A stretch of DNA of 64,000 bases from Octopus sinensis (lineage: Eukaryota). Within the stretch, counting starts at the first letter, position 1; every line of letters begins with the position of its first letter. The position numbers were made by a program, and so were the translations under genes. The notes under the pieces were generated by a model that was not told the origin of the DNA, ran no database searches, and was given only the letters and a program-made list of their open reading frames with translations. Below, piece by piece: positions 44,228 to 57,043 of this stretch. The stretch lies in contig NC_042998.1 in the NCBI RefSeq assembly GCF_006345805.1, positions 55,304,001 through 55,368,000 of the forward strand, written 5' to 3'.

Positions 44228-45331
44228 TAAATATGTTTAGAAATGTCTAGTGGTTAGTTGTATACTTCTTTCTTGTGAGTTTGACTTTCACTTTCATCTT
44301 TCAGAGATTGCTTAAAATATGAAAGTATCAAGTAGTAGGTTCTATACATTTTACTCTTCCTTCCTCCTAATTTGTTCAATTAAGGTCAAAGTTGGAAACC
44401 AATTGGCAGATTGCGTCCTTAGGTATTTTATTTTTCAGTATTTTTCTTACACCAAACTAACAAATGTAGAATTTTGTATGTTTACTTAGCAATTCGCTTG
44501 CTTACATTACGACAAGCATTGGAAAGGTTACGTTATGCTCAGGAGACTCAACAAGGCGAATCGTGTCTGGATTCGTCCTCTGTTACTCACCAATGAAAAT
44601 AATACTAGTCACCCCTAATATTTTTCTTTTCCTGCTTGCCTAAATATTTACTAGCTTTAATCACTTTAATGAAAAACCATTGGCTCGAATACAGTTATTG
44701 ATGAGGAGCAGTTATGAAAGAACCAGACGTGTTCTGCGATTCAATTTTTAAATGACTATTAATGTTGTGGATCGTACATCAGGTTATTGATGGCTTAAAG
44801 TTTCATTGCTCTTTACACACACACACACACACACACACACCACATGCACACATAAGCACTCACATGTACTCCCAATCTCACTCTCTCTTTCTCCCTTTAT
44901 CTCTCTCGCAAAGAGGCAATAGAATTTCAGAACAGTTGCTCTTCGATGAAGTTTCTCATGGAACATACACATGAAAACCCATGCCGAGCTTCAAAAAGAG
45001 GTCTGATCAAATGCCATTACTTTCACAAGAAATAATGAGAAAAAATGCTGTTAATGATGGTATAATTTGGAGGACAGTCGCCAACAGAGGTGAAAATATT
45101 ATGGAACGTGTGGGAGCTGAAATTCTCTAGTAGAAACATCAACAAAATGAGAGAATCACTTCAAACAAGTAGTACTTCACTTATCCGTTAGATTCAGTAG
45201 AAAGGATTCTGATTTTAAAAAATAGACAAGATCAGACACGAGCATTGCTCCTTAAAGTTGCAAGTTTCTTTCCCCGACCGTCTGTTCACATAAAGGGCAC
45301 AAATCTATCTATCTATCTATCTATCTCTATC

Positions 45332-45374
<43 letters not shown>

Positions 45375-45400
45375 CTATCTGTCCGTCCGTCCGTCCGTCC

Positions 45401-45431
<31 letters not shown>

Positions 45432-45461
45432 ACTTTATCTCTCTCTCTCTCTCGCTCTCTA

Positions 45462-45517
<56 letters not shown>

Positions 45518-45552
45518 TTTGTTTCTTCCATTTGAAATTTGCTTTTTTTCCT

Positions 45553-45588
45553 GTTTCTGAAGAAGAGCTATGCTCGAAAGGTAAAGCG
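45553..45588 (+). ncRNA. Minimal hammerhead motif with one stem III mismatch
   Basis: GTTT-CTGAAGA-A-GAGC(TAT)GCTC-GAAA-G-GTA-AAGC; position 15.2 is G instead of C. Confidence 0.6.
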
Positions 45589-45681
45589 ACTACCTCTTTC
45601 TGTCTCCGAGCGTCATATTAATACATTGCTTGTGTTACGTCGACATCTTGTATTTTTCTTTTTCTCTGCTTTTTTAAAAAA

Positions 45682-45734
<53 letters not shown>

Positions 45735-46307
45735 AGTGTATGTATGTATGCATGCATGCAAGTAGGTAGGTAGGTAGGTAGGTAGGTAGGTAGGTAGGAG
45801 TAGGTAGGTAGGTAGGTAGGTAGGTAGGTAATCATGTAGTGTTACCACAACTAAAACAGTACAACAGTTAACCAATGTTTAGAATTCTATGTAAATCCAC
45901 GTCTGTCTAAATTCCAATCGAGTAAAAAAATACGTTATTTGTCCTCTGATACTCGTTTGGTGTAAATACACCTGAATATTTCATAGAGTGTATATCCGAG
46001 AACATAATACAAGTGAGTCGATTTGAATGCCTTTATAACAACACCACACTGGTCAACCAGCCTATTCTGGGATGCAGTGCTAAATTGAATTACAATATTC
46101 CACTGAAGAGCTGGCGCCTCAGCCATATTATCCAATTGTTTACGTAAAGATTATCACATAACATACGTGTATTCGCAGGTGAAACACGTGCAAGATTAGG
46201 TAATTCATGAGGTAATTAAAACACTGGAACCAGCTTTTCTGTTGTCTTTATACTTCTTTCTCTCTCTCTCTCTCTCTCTCTCTTAGATATATTTATATAT
46301 ATATGTT

Positions 46308-46339
<32 letters not shown>

Positions 46340-46368
46340 TGTATGTATGTATGTATGTATGTATATAT

Positions 46369-46424
<56 letters not shown>

Positions 46425-46439
46425 ATATATGCATATAAT

Positions 46440-47040
46440 ATATGTATATATATATATAATAGAAATTATGTTACAAAAAGAAAATAGAAACTACACGTGG
46501 AGGTGTAAGGAGAAAGTAAGAAGAAAAATAAGCGAAAATGCACATTGGAAATAAAAAAAGTAAAGGCTTTTTATGAAAAGTAACGATAGTTATATACAAT
46601 TAGATGAACTGAGGTAGGAATAAATGTAATAAAAGGCATTATTGTGAATTCTTAAAGAGTTTCAAAAGCATACCGGTTTCGTGAATTTACTAATCATTGC
46701 TTTGAATGCACACCGATTAATGAACGGTGTCAGGTCTACTAGTTCCTGAGTAAAACGATTGTGTGTAAGGGAGGTAAGTAATTCTGGATTTGGTGCAATT
46801 AAGGTAGATATAGATCTGTAATGTGATTGGTGTACGGGATGTATGGGGGTTAGTGATATTAATTGAAAGGTTAGTAGTGTTCTGTATTATGTTTTGTGTT
46901 CATATTGAGTTGTGGAAGATGTTTGCCTCTTTATTCATTCTTTGTTGTACTGAGGTGTTCTGTTAACATTGATAGAAGGGGAAAATCAGAAAATTAAGAT
47001 TAAGATTCCTAGGACACCTTTCTATGTGTTCACTAACTTG
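46440..47040 (-). mobile_element. PLE 3' fragment (endonuclease C-terminus and 3' region with hammerhead)
   Basis: Minus frame QVSEHIERCPRNLNLNFLIFPFYQC*QNTSVQQRMNKE...PQLN parallels the end of the 18-kb PLE. Confidence 0.75.
46661..46706 (-). ncRNA. Hammerhead-like motif with A3/U8 variant core
   Basis: Stem I AAAGCA/UGCUUU; AUGAUUA; stem II GU/AC; GAAA; palindromic ACCGGU; GUA triplet. Confidence 0.6.
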
Positions 47041-47092
47041 TATCTGTCTGTATTGTGTGTGGCGGGTTTGTTCTTTGTGGAGAGTGGATCGG

Positions 47093-47265
47093 GCGACGCG
47101 TTGTGTTCTTGAGCAAAACACTTCATTTCACATTGCTCCAGTCCACTCAGCTGGCAAAAATGGGTAACGCTGCGATGGACTGGCGTCCAGTCCACCTGGG
47201 GAACACATACGCCATAGAAACCGGAAACGGGCCCATGAGCCTGGCTAGACTTTAAAAGGGCGCAT
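47093..47265 (+). mobile_element. CORE-type SINE (family D) body with a different 3' region
   Basis: TGTTCTTGAGCAAAACACTTCATTTCACATTGCTCCAGTCCACTCAGCTGGCAAAAATGGG then GCGATGGACTGGCGTCCAGTCC. Confidence 0.7.
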
Positions 47266-47374
47266 ATATTTGATTTTATATAGTGTATCCTCAGATACTC
47301 TAAACTTATAACAAAATGGCTCTCTTTCTTTATTTCTTTCTCTGTCTCTCTCTTCCCCTCTCTCTATCTTGCAG

Positions 47375-47808
47375 CCTAAATTAATGATTTTTTCGGGGGA
47401 GGAGGGAAGTTGATTACATCGACCCCGGTGTTCAACTGGTACTTATTTTATCGACCCCGAAAGGATGAATGTCAAAGTCAACCTCGGCAGTATTTGAACT
47501 CAGAACGTAAAAACGGACGAAATGCCGTTAAACATTTTGCCCGGCGTGCAAACGATTCAGTCAGTTAGCCGCCTTCGCGCAACCAATAATAATAATTTCA
47601 AATTTCGGCACAAGGCCAGCAATATCTGGGAGGGAGTTAAGCCGATTGCATCGACCCCAATGTTTCACTAGTACTTAATTTAACGACCCCGTAAGGATGA
47701 AAGGCAAAGTCGACCTCGATAGAATTTGAACTCAGAACTTAAAGACGGACGAAATGCCTCTAAGCTTTTTGCTCGGCGCGCTAACAATTCTGCCAGCTCG
47801 CTGCCTTC
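47375..47808 (-). mobile_element. Two tandem SINE family A copies
   Basis: Central domain and head each occur twice. Confidence 0.85.
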
Positions 47809-47844
47809 ATGCGAAAATAATGACAAGACATTTCTCATGAGGCG

Positions 47845-48245
47845 GTATACTCTTTTTACTCTTTTACTTGTTTCAGTTTTTACTGCGGCCATGCTGGAGC
47901 ACCGCCTTTAGTCGTCGAGCAAATTGACCCGGGACTTATTCTTTGTAAGCCCAGTACTTATTCTATCGGTCTCTTTTGCCGACCGCTAAGTGACGGGGAC
48001 GTAAACACACCAGCATCGGTTGTCAAGCAATGCTAGGGGGACAAACACAGACACACAACACACACACACACATATATATATACATATATACGACAGGCTT
48101 CTTCAGTTTCCGTCTACCAAATCCACTCACAAGGCATTGGTCGGCCCCGGGCTATAGCAGAAACACACTTGCCCAAGATGCCACGCAGTGGGACTGAACC
48201 CGGTACCATGTGGTTGGTTAGCAAGCTACTTACCACACAGCCACT
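47845..48245 (-). mobile_element. SINE family B, full length, with short internal (TA)/(TG) tract
   Basis: Head GGCTGTGTGGTAAGTAGCTTGC, GGTTCAGTCCC, body, and tail ending GAAACAAGTAAAAGAGT. Confidence 0.9.
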
Positions 48246-48779
48246 CCATCTCTTAATAATATCTAAGCAATTAAAGAACAAACTTCCTTGTAAAATGTTG
48301 ATTAAAAGAAAATGCATCACCATTAATGAACGCGTTTTTTTCTAAATGCACAGAAATGAATGAATGCATAAGAAATATTCAGAATTTAACGAAAAAACAA
48401 AATCCATACATTTAGAAAAAATTATATTTCTACTGGACACAAATAATTTCTGCTCTACCAAAATTATTGCAAAACTAAATTATGTCTAAGTTTTAAGTAA
48501 GTTAATGATATTGATAAATACAACGATTTCATTTGCCGACTATAAATTCGAAATATTGCAGAATCCTAAATTGTATGCCGAGAGGATATTGAAACAGCAT
48601 TAAAGGTGCATTTTTCTTTAGACACGTACTTTAATGGGTCATGCAATTTCCTGTTTGTCAAACAATGCAAGAAATTTCCCGGCTTCTGGGAGAAATTTTT
48701 GAAAAAGCCAAAAAAAAAAAAAAAAAAACAGAAAAAAATTCCTGGGGAAATTGACGACGATAATTTTGATGGTGATATG

Positions 48780-49480
<701 letters not shown>

Positions 49481-50189
49481 GATGCTGAGCTATGTTAAGC
49501 CAAAAGAGAAAATGAACAGTTAAATAAAAAGCAGACGAGAACAATCAATATAAATAACAAAAACCGTTAATAAATAATATATATATAAATATGCATACAC
49601 GCATACACACACATATATACACATAAATACATGCGTACACAAACACGCAAGCACATACATACATTGTATATATTATATAATTATATATATTATATATATA
49701 TATATATAATATATATATAATATATTATATATATATATACGTATATATATATACGTATGTATTATTATATATATATATAATATATATATTATATATGTAT
49801 ATATATATTATATATATAATAGTATATATATGTGTATATACAATTTATAAACTAATTAAGTTGTACCATTATTTTAGCGCCGTAGGACCTATCTATAATG
49901 GCACATTCCATAAAACGTATATGCAACCAGCAAAAATATATATAAATTATAAATATATATATATAAAGAATAATAAATATGAATGACAAAATATCGTAAT
50001 ATATAGCTTGAAATATCTTTAGTGATTTCTAAATTTTTCGGAGTGGGGCAGAAGTTTACGTCTTAATGGCTAGATCACGTGACAATTGTGTAGAAAAGAA
50101 GCGAGGATGTGTTTATTGACTAACCACGACTACATAACAGTTGGAGTCCGGCAAAATAATACATGCACATATTTATTTGATTAATATAC

Positions 50190-50290
50190 AGACGTGGCTG
50201 TGTGGTTAAGAGGCTTGCTTCATAAACATGCAGCTTTGAGTTCAGTCTCTCTCCATGGCACCTTGAGCAAATGTTTTCATCTATAGTATG
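50190..50290 (+). mobile_element. SINE family B head
   Basis: GTGGCTGTGTGGTTAAGAGGCTTGC...GGCACCTTGAGCAAATG. Confidence 0.7.
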
Positions 50291-51609
50291 TTGTTGAAGC
50301 TGTTGTTGTTGCTGATATTGTTGCAATATCAGATATATCTTTAACAAATCACATCCTACCATCTTAAGATTACCTGAGAATGTAATTCTTACGTAGGCGG
50401 AATATACAGATTGGGTGGAATGATCAAGGCTTGATCACCCCTCACCACAAATTTGCTCAATCTGAGCTGACTTGGGGTAAACAAGTAGAGTAACAGATTC
50501 TTTGTTACTTTTATCCGAGGTAGCTCTGTTGCAAACACTTGAAACAGATCTGCTTATGTTTATTCCTGCAGAGATTGTCGTGAAGATACTTTAGCTGAGC
50601 ATCAGCCGTATTGTTAATCGTATCAGCCTTTGAGGGCTTGGAAAGATCATGGACACTGTTCCGCTACTGTGAAAGAAGCTATCGAAAATGTATGTTTGTT
50701 TTAGAATCTATCAACTTCATACAGTGTTCGTTCTCCTAACACAACCCTATTATTAACTCAATAACAAAATCATGTTCAGAGCGCATTAAAACTTGTGCAA
50801 TCTATTACAAAATGTCTGGTTGAATCAAAATGTTACTACACCTGCATCAGAATAAACAGAAAACCCAAAATTCGAAAGAAAAACCAGCGATATTCATTTT
50901 ATCTGTTCGGCCAGCTTCGTACAGAACGATGTTAGTGGAAATGGAAGAGTTTCTCCAGTTGGTGTATGCCAAAATAGTTTTACAGATCCATCATTTTCTG
51001 TGAACCACAGAAACGTACAACATCAAGTATTGTTGACACTAGAAGCCATCTGTCATCTGTCTTCTAGTTTAAATATCGCATACGGCTAAATAACATTATA
51101 GCTAGCTATATATCATTAACCGGAAGTCTTTCTCTAAAAGAACTAACAATTGCTTGATAAAAAAGAAGCCCGCCCTTTTTATTTATATTTTATTGTGATT
51201 ATATATTTTTCTTACACATAGTTGAAAATGACAATGTATACCTAAAGTTAAGCGTGTCATACATTGTTGAAAAACCTTTATTGGAAAAGAAAGTGGAGAT
51301 GCGTGGGTGCCAGAACATTTGGAAAAGTTCCTACCATAACACACGCTCACAACACACACACATGCACACACATATGTATGTATGTATATATTATATATAT
51401 ATGTATATACACACACACACACACATAATATATTATATATTATATATTATATATATCTATAGATGTATATATATGTTTATATATATATATGTATATATAG
51501 TATATATAATGTATGTATATATATATATAACATATATATATATATATATGTGTGTGTGTCTGTGTCTGTGTGTGTGTGTGTGTGTGGTGTGTGCGTGTAA
51601 GCATTAAAG

Positions 51610-51672
51610 TTCAAGACCAATTGTTTCGCATCCACGAAAACCGCAGCTTTATGGACAGCTCATCAGATTCTG
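51610..51672 (-). ncRNA. Hammerhead motif, catalytic core intact, weak stem I
   Basis: CUGAUGA; stem II GC/GC plus extended pairing; GAAA; AC-AAUUG-GU (contains palindrome CAAUUG); GUC triplet. Confidence 0.6.
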
Positions 51673-52045
51673 TACAAAGACAAATTCAACTCTTCATCTC
51701 TCGGAGATATAACTATGTTTCTAGAGTGAAATAATAATATTCTGCGTGAATATTCTTCCATTTTCGTTCATTTAAAATAATTATACCAATAATGTCCAAT
51801 GTAATTTCATAAACTTTTATTCTTTTATTTGTTTCAGTCGCCTTGGAGGGTTAAGTCAATCAAATCAACCACAATGTTTAGATTCTTCTTTTTTTAAGTC
51901 TGGAACACCTTCTGTCAGTCTTATTTGCTGGACCACTAATTTATGGGCCTAAATAAACCAGCACCAGCTGTCAAATGATAAACGACGAGCGCAACCGCAA
52001 ACGAACAAATGTTCCTGCACATACGCACACATACATATAAATGAA

Positions 52046-52079
<34 letters not shown>

Positions 52080-52094
52080 ATTTCTTTCCATTTT

Positions 52095-52773
52095 TGGAGA
52101 GGGGAGCTGAAATTTTTGCAGAGGGGAGCTTGTCGATTACATCGACTTCACTAGTACTTAATTTATCGACCCCAAAAGGATGAAAGGCAAAAATCGACTC
52201 GGCGGAACCTGAACTCAGAACATAAAGGACTCAATACCACAAAGCATTTTTTCCGACGTGCTAACGGTTCTACCAGCTCGCCGCCTTATGTCAAATTACA
52301 ATGATTTCAAATTTTGGCTCAGGGCCAGCAGTTTTTGAAGGAAAGGGGGAAGGCAATTACATCGATTCCAGTAGACAACGGCTACTTATTTTATCGACCC
52401 CGAAGGATGAAAAACAAAATCAACCTCGGAGGAATTTGAATTCAGACCGTAATGACGGACGAAATGCCGTTAAGCTAATGATTTTTCCTGCTCGCCGTCT
52501 AACATCAAGTTACTCTTTACTCTTACTCTTTTACTTGTTTCAATCATTTGACTGTGGCCATGCTGGAGCACCGCCTTTAGTCAAGCACATCGACCCCGGG
52601 ACTTAATCTTTGTAAGCCTAGTACTTATTCTATCGGTCTCATTTGCCGAACTGCTAAGTTACGGGGACGTAAACATACCAGCATCGGTTGTCAAGCGATG
52701 TTGGGGTGACAACACAGACAAACACACACACACCACAACACACACACACACACACACACACAACACACACACA
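52095..52773 (-). mobile_element. Two SINE family A copies (52095-52288, 52300-52500) and a family B tail running into the gap
   Basis: Shared family motifs. Confidence 0.8.
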
Positions 52774-52873
52774 NNNNNNNNNNNNNNNNNNNNNNNNNNN
52801 NNNNNNNNNNNNNNNNNNNNNNNNNNNNNNNNNNNNNNNNNNNNNNNNNNNNNNNNNNNNNNNNNNNNNNNNN
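52774..52873. other. Assembly gap (100 N)
   Basis: Run of n. Confidence 1.
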
Positions 52874-52915
52874 GCTTTGAATCCTTCAGCTATTTCAAGG
52901 AGAATGATATATATC

Positions 52916-52953
<38 letters not shown>

Positions 52954-53296
52954 TATATATATATATATATGTATGAATGTATGATGTATGTATGTATGTA
53001 TGTATGTATGTATGTATGTAGTATGTATGTATTCCAGAAATACTTAATATTCAATTTCATTATTAATTCCAATAATGATGTTTAATATTGAATGCTGTGA
53101 GTTAAAATCACTGTTTTTTCCAAATATTGGTCTCATAAAATAACTTTTTACTTTAATCTTGGAATTAAATGGTTTTGATTTACTGTCAGGTGACATTTGG
53201 CCAGCCCTGTATATATATATGTATTGGAAGGTTTGGAGATTATGTACAGGTTTTTATATTAGAAGAAATGAGGTACTCATATATATATATATATAT

Positions 53297-53353
<57 letters not shown>

Positions 53354-53612
53354 AAATACAAAATGGGAAAGAACGCAAAACATCAAGACATTTAGGTGAT
53401 ACAAAAAAGGGACAACAACCCGAAATTGCAAAGATAATCTGGAACTCGACTGAGGATAGAAAACTCCGAATGACCCGTCCTTGTTTTCTTTGTATCGTCT
53501 GTCTGGATGTGTTTGTGTGTCAGTGTTTGCCCCCCCCCATCGCTTGACAATCCCGGTTCGATAATAGTAATAACAGTATGTGTAAGGAGTCTAACGTGGG
53601 TCGGGTGTGAGC

Positions 53613-54089
53613 GTGTATATGTTGAATATAATGAGACAACAAAACCAACACAGTGTGAAATTTCTAGGATATTTATAAAGAGAAAGGTAGTTTTACATCT
53701 GTTTCCAGGAGATAAAGGATATCCCATTATCAGAGACGACACGAGAGAGTTAAATAGGAGATAGTAAGGTTCAATATAAGAAGTTATTTTGGAAAGGGAG
53801 ACATATAGGAAGTATAAAGGAGAATATGTCTCTCAACTGTAACATCCACATATATTTTTTATATTTATTCTCATATTTCGCTTTATACTTCCTATATCTC
53901 TCCCTTTCTAAAATAACTTCTTATACTGAACTCTACTATTTCCTTCTATTTACTCTCTCATATCGTCTCTGATAATGGAATATTCTTTAGATCCCTGAAA
54001 TAGCTGTAAGACTACCTTTCTCTTAATAAACTTCCTAGAAATTTCACACTGCCTTGGCTTTGTTGTCTGATTTTATTCAACACACACAC
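53613..54089. repeat. Fold-back: ~210-bp inverted arms (53621-53828 and 53872-54081), ~43-bp spacer, a hammerhead-like motif in each arm
   Basis: Arms align end to end as reverse complements, roughly 85% identical by eye. Confidence 0.95.
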
Positions 54090-54934
54090 AAATCCACTTA
54101 CACACATATATATTATTAATAAGTTTGAAAAGGGGGAGATTCAATGGAAACAAATTAATTTATTAATTAATTAACATTGCCTACAATTGTTTCACTTCAC
54201 ACACAATTTAAACTACAAGACATATAATAAGATAAATTTGCATTTTGAGTACCCTGGGTGGAAGATCTTCAGGGCAAAATGGACATTACAGAGTTTACAT
54301 TTTGATCACTTAAAATACTCCAACAGAGTAAACAGATGGAAGCGTGTTTATTGTGTGTGTGTGCGCGCGCGCGACGGTTAATATCTTTATTTTTATTTAA
54401 ATACATTAATAATAATGATAATGAATATAAGAATAAAAGTAAAGGAAAAATTAAAGATAAATAATAAATAATGAAAATAATGAAATATATTAATAAATAA
54501 AATAAAATAAAAATGAAATAAAAGTTTTCTTTACAAAACATGGATACCCATGGTCCATTTTAGTTTATGTGTGACTATATGTTCGTGTGTTTATATATGC
54601 GCTCGTGTGTATATACGTATGTTTACCGCCTAAGTTAATTTATGTATACGTATGTGTGTATGTGTGTCGGCATAAGGTTATTCAATAGAGTATGAATGTC
54701 ATTCGTTTATGCATAAGTGAGAGTGTATGTGCGTTTATAGGTCCATACTGCTTAAATTGCTTTTATTAGTGCGTAAGTGTGTATGTGTATTAGTAAAAGA
54801 AAAGGTTTTATAATACATTTATTGCAGAAATGCTCTTCAAAATATATATTAAACAGGTTCCTTGGATAAAACTATCCCTATAAGTAGTTTAAATATCCTC
54901 ATTGTGAATATATATATATGCATATCTGTATCTA

Positions 54935-55009
<75 letters not shown>

Positions 55010-55015
55010 TATCTC

Positions 55016-55067
<52 letters not shown>

Positions 55068-55069
<2 letters not shown>

Positions 55070-55580
55070 CTGGCAACATGTAACCCAGTACAACCTGTTG
55101 CATGGTCGTGTCGTCGGCGACTAAACCGGCAATCCCACCAAGCTTGCTTGGTGAGGAGGGTGTTTATTGGACACACTGCCGGATGAAAAAAACCCGTCAA
55201 AGGGCGGAGGAACTCTTGAGAGTCAACGGCCATCCAATAAATGTCTTAAGGTTGTATCATGCGCGGGGACATATAAATAATCGGACTGAATACCCGATCA
55301 CGCGGTTAAACCATTGGGAGTGAAGGACTTCTAGCCTTTGTTAGGGCATCCTTCTAGGAGAAGGTAACTCGGGTAACTGGGATAACTCCGACATAAAACC
55401 TGGGGCTCAGTGGTTACCGATGATGTTGACTTGTCCTTCTTTTCGGATTATGGCTGCTGTTGCTTAGTGAGTGGGATTGACTCAGTGCACAGCCTTTCTT
55501 CACTTTAAAAAAATCACTTTGCACAGGCATTGCACGATAACAACATTGATTAAGCTTCGTGCAATGGCCATACTCGATAA
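55068..55580 (+). mobile_element. Probable RTE-clade LINE 5' UTR fragment or RTE-derived repeat
   Basis: GGGCATCCTTCTAGGAGAAGGTAACTC resembles the RTE 5' motif GGCAACCAGTCTAGGAGAAGGAAAACTC; GC-richer than the flanks. Confidence 0.45.
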
Positions 55581-55599
55581 CGAGGGGGCAGCCACCATG

Positions 55600-55630
<31 letters not shown>

Positions 55631-56483
55631 TCTATATATATAATATAGATATATATATACATGTAAAAATGAATTGAAAATGGAGGTGTATAACAATTGG
55701 CAATTCAAAAATTAAAATTTATTAGCATAATAGTCTATTATATTATATTCTTATAATAATAGAGTATAATACAATATGATAATTAATAAATATTAAATAT
55801 AAATCACATACAAGTATTTCAATTCTTGGCCATAATAAAAATTCATTGTTTTTTGATCAAGAATCTCAGTCTAATTTCTTATGTATATTAGGATTCAAAT
55901 ATCCAATAAGACTTAATTTAAATGTATTTGTTTATAAGCATGAGCGTTATTAATTGAAAAACGAAAGCAAAAATAAAGAAATAAAAAATAAACTAATATA
56001 ACGGCCTTAAAATATATTTGTATGCTATAGAGTATTCTAATCTAAATATATTTTAGTGTATTAGTTTTTTTATACCAGAAACGAAAATTAGAAAGTAAAC
56101 TGTTCAAAAAATATCCTGGCTAAATAAGAAATATCCCTTTCATTCTTTCATAAAAATACACGTTTTTATAATAACTATACGCTATTTCTCAATTGGTAAT
56201 TTGCAAAATAATATATTAAGAATTCTACATTATCTCTAGTCAAATAATAAATAATATTATAATTTAGATTACTTAAATTATTTATAATAATCATTACTAA
56301 AAATTAAAGATTAATAATTAAAAATTACGTAGTTTATATAAGAAAGAAACTTTCTAAAATATATCATAATAATAATATATATTGCAAGTAATGGATATAT
56401 TATATAATATAATATTATATATATATATATATAGAGTATATGTATGTGTTGTGTATGTATGTAAGTATGTATGCGTATATGAC

Positions 56484-56515
<32 letters not shown>

Positions 56516-56750
56516 TATAATATATATATATCAACACTTTGATTCAAATACATTGGTTACTCTTGAGGTTCAAGTGTGATGCTATCAGTCACGACTAGCA
56601 TCACGCTTGAAACGCAAGAGTACCACGAACTTGGATCAAACTGTTTGATCCATACATGTAACTCCAAATAAATTTAGTGCCCTTCTATTAGGTTTGTCAC
56701 TCGCATACTATATATATATATATATGTGTGTGGTGTGTGTGTGGTGTGTG

Positions 56751-57043
56751 GTGGAGGCGCAAGCAGTGGTTAGGGCAGCCGACTCGCGGTTTCGATACCC
56801 AGACCGGCTGTTGTGAGTGTTTATTGAGCGAAAACAACCTAAAGCTCCACGGAGGCTCCGGCAGGGCGTGGTTGCGATCCCTGCTCTACTCTTTCGACAA
56901 ACCTTCTCTCATCTTTCTCTGTTTGGCCTGCTCGCTTAGCCAAGCGGGTGGCGTCTTTTGAAGGCTTAAAACAATGCGAAGCGCATTGTGACCAGCGATG
57001 TGTAGCCGCATCTGATAGTCTTGTCGGTTACGGTAATCACGGT
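56751..57043 (+). mobile_element. SINE family C with a third type of 3' region
   Basis: Shared head and body to ~56915, then TTGGCCTGCTCGCTTAGCCAAGCGGG... Confidence 0.8.

Noticed and set aside
46085-46200. CTGAAGA-GCTG/CAGC hairpin and a downstream GAAACACGTG
   Set aside because: GAAA does not follow stem II and there is no NUH triplet
50571-50990. Strong acceptors at ~50570 and ~50914
   Set aside because: Stops in all frames after the first, weak donor after the second; no independent support
53190-53212. TGGCCAGCCCTGTA, a Tc1/mariner-like TIR end
   Set aside because: No partner TIR visible; it may lie beyond the gap
55804-55875. Hammerhead-like CTGAGA-TTCTTG...CAAGAA-TT-GAAATACTTGTA on the minus strand
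   Set aside because: Core is one base short, extra bases precede GAAA and stem I is imperfect
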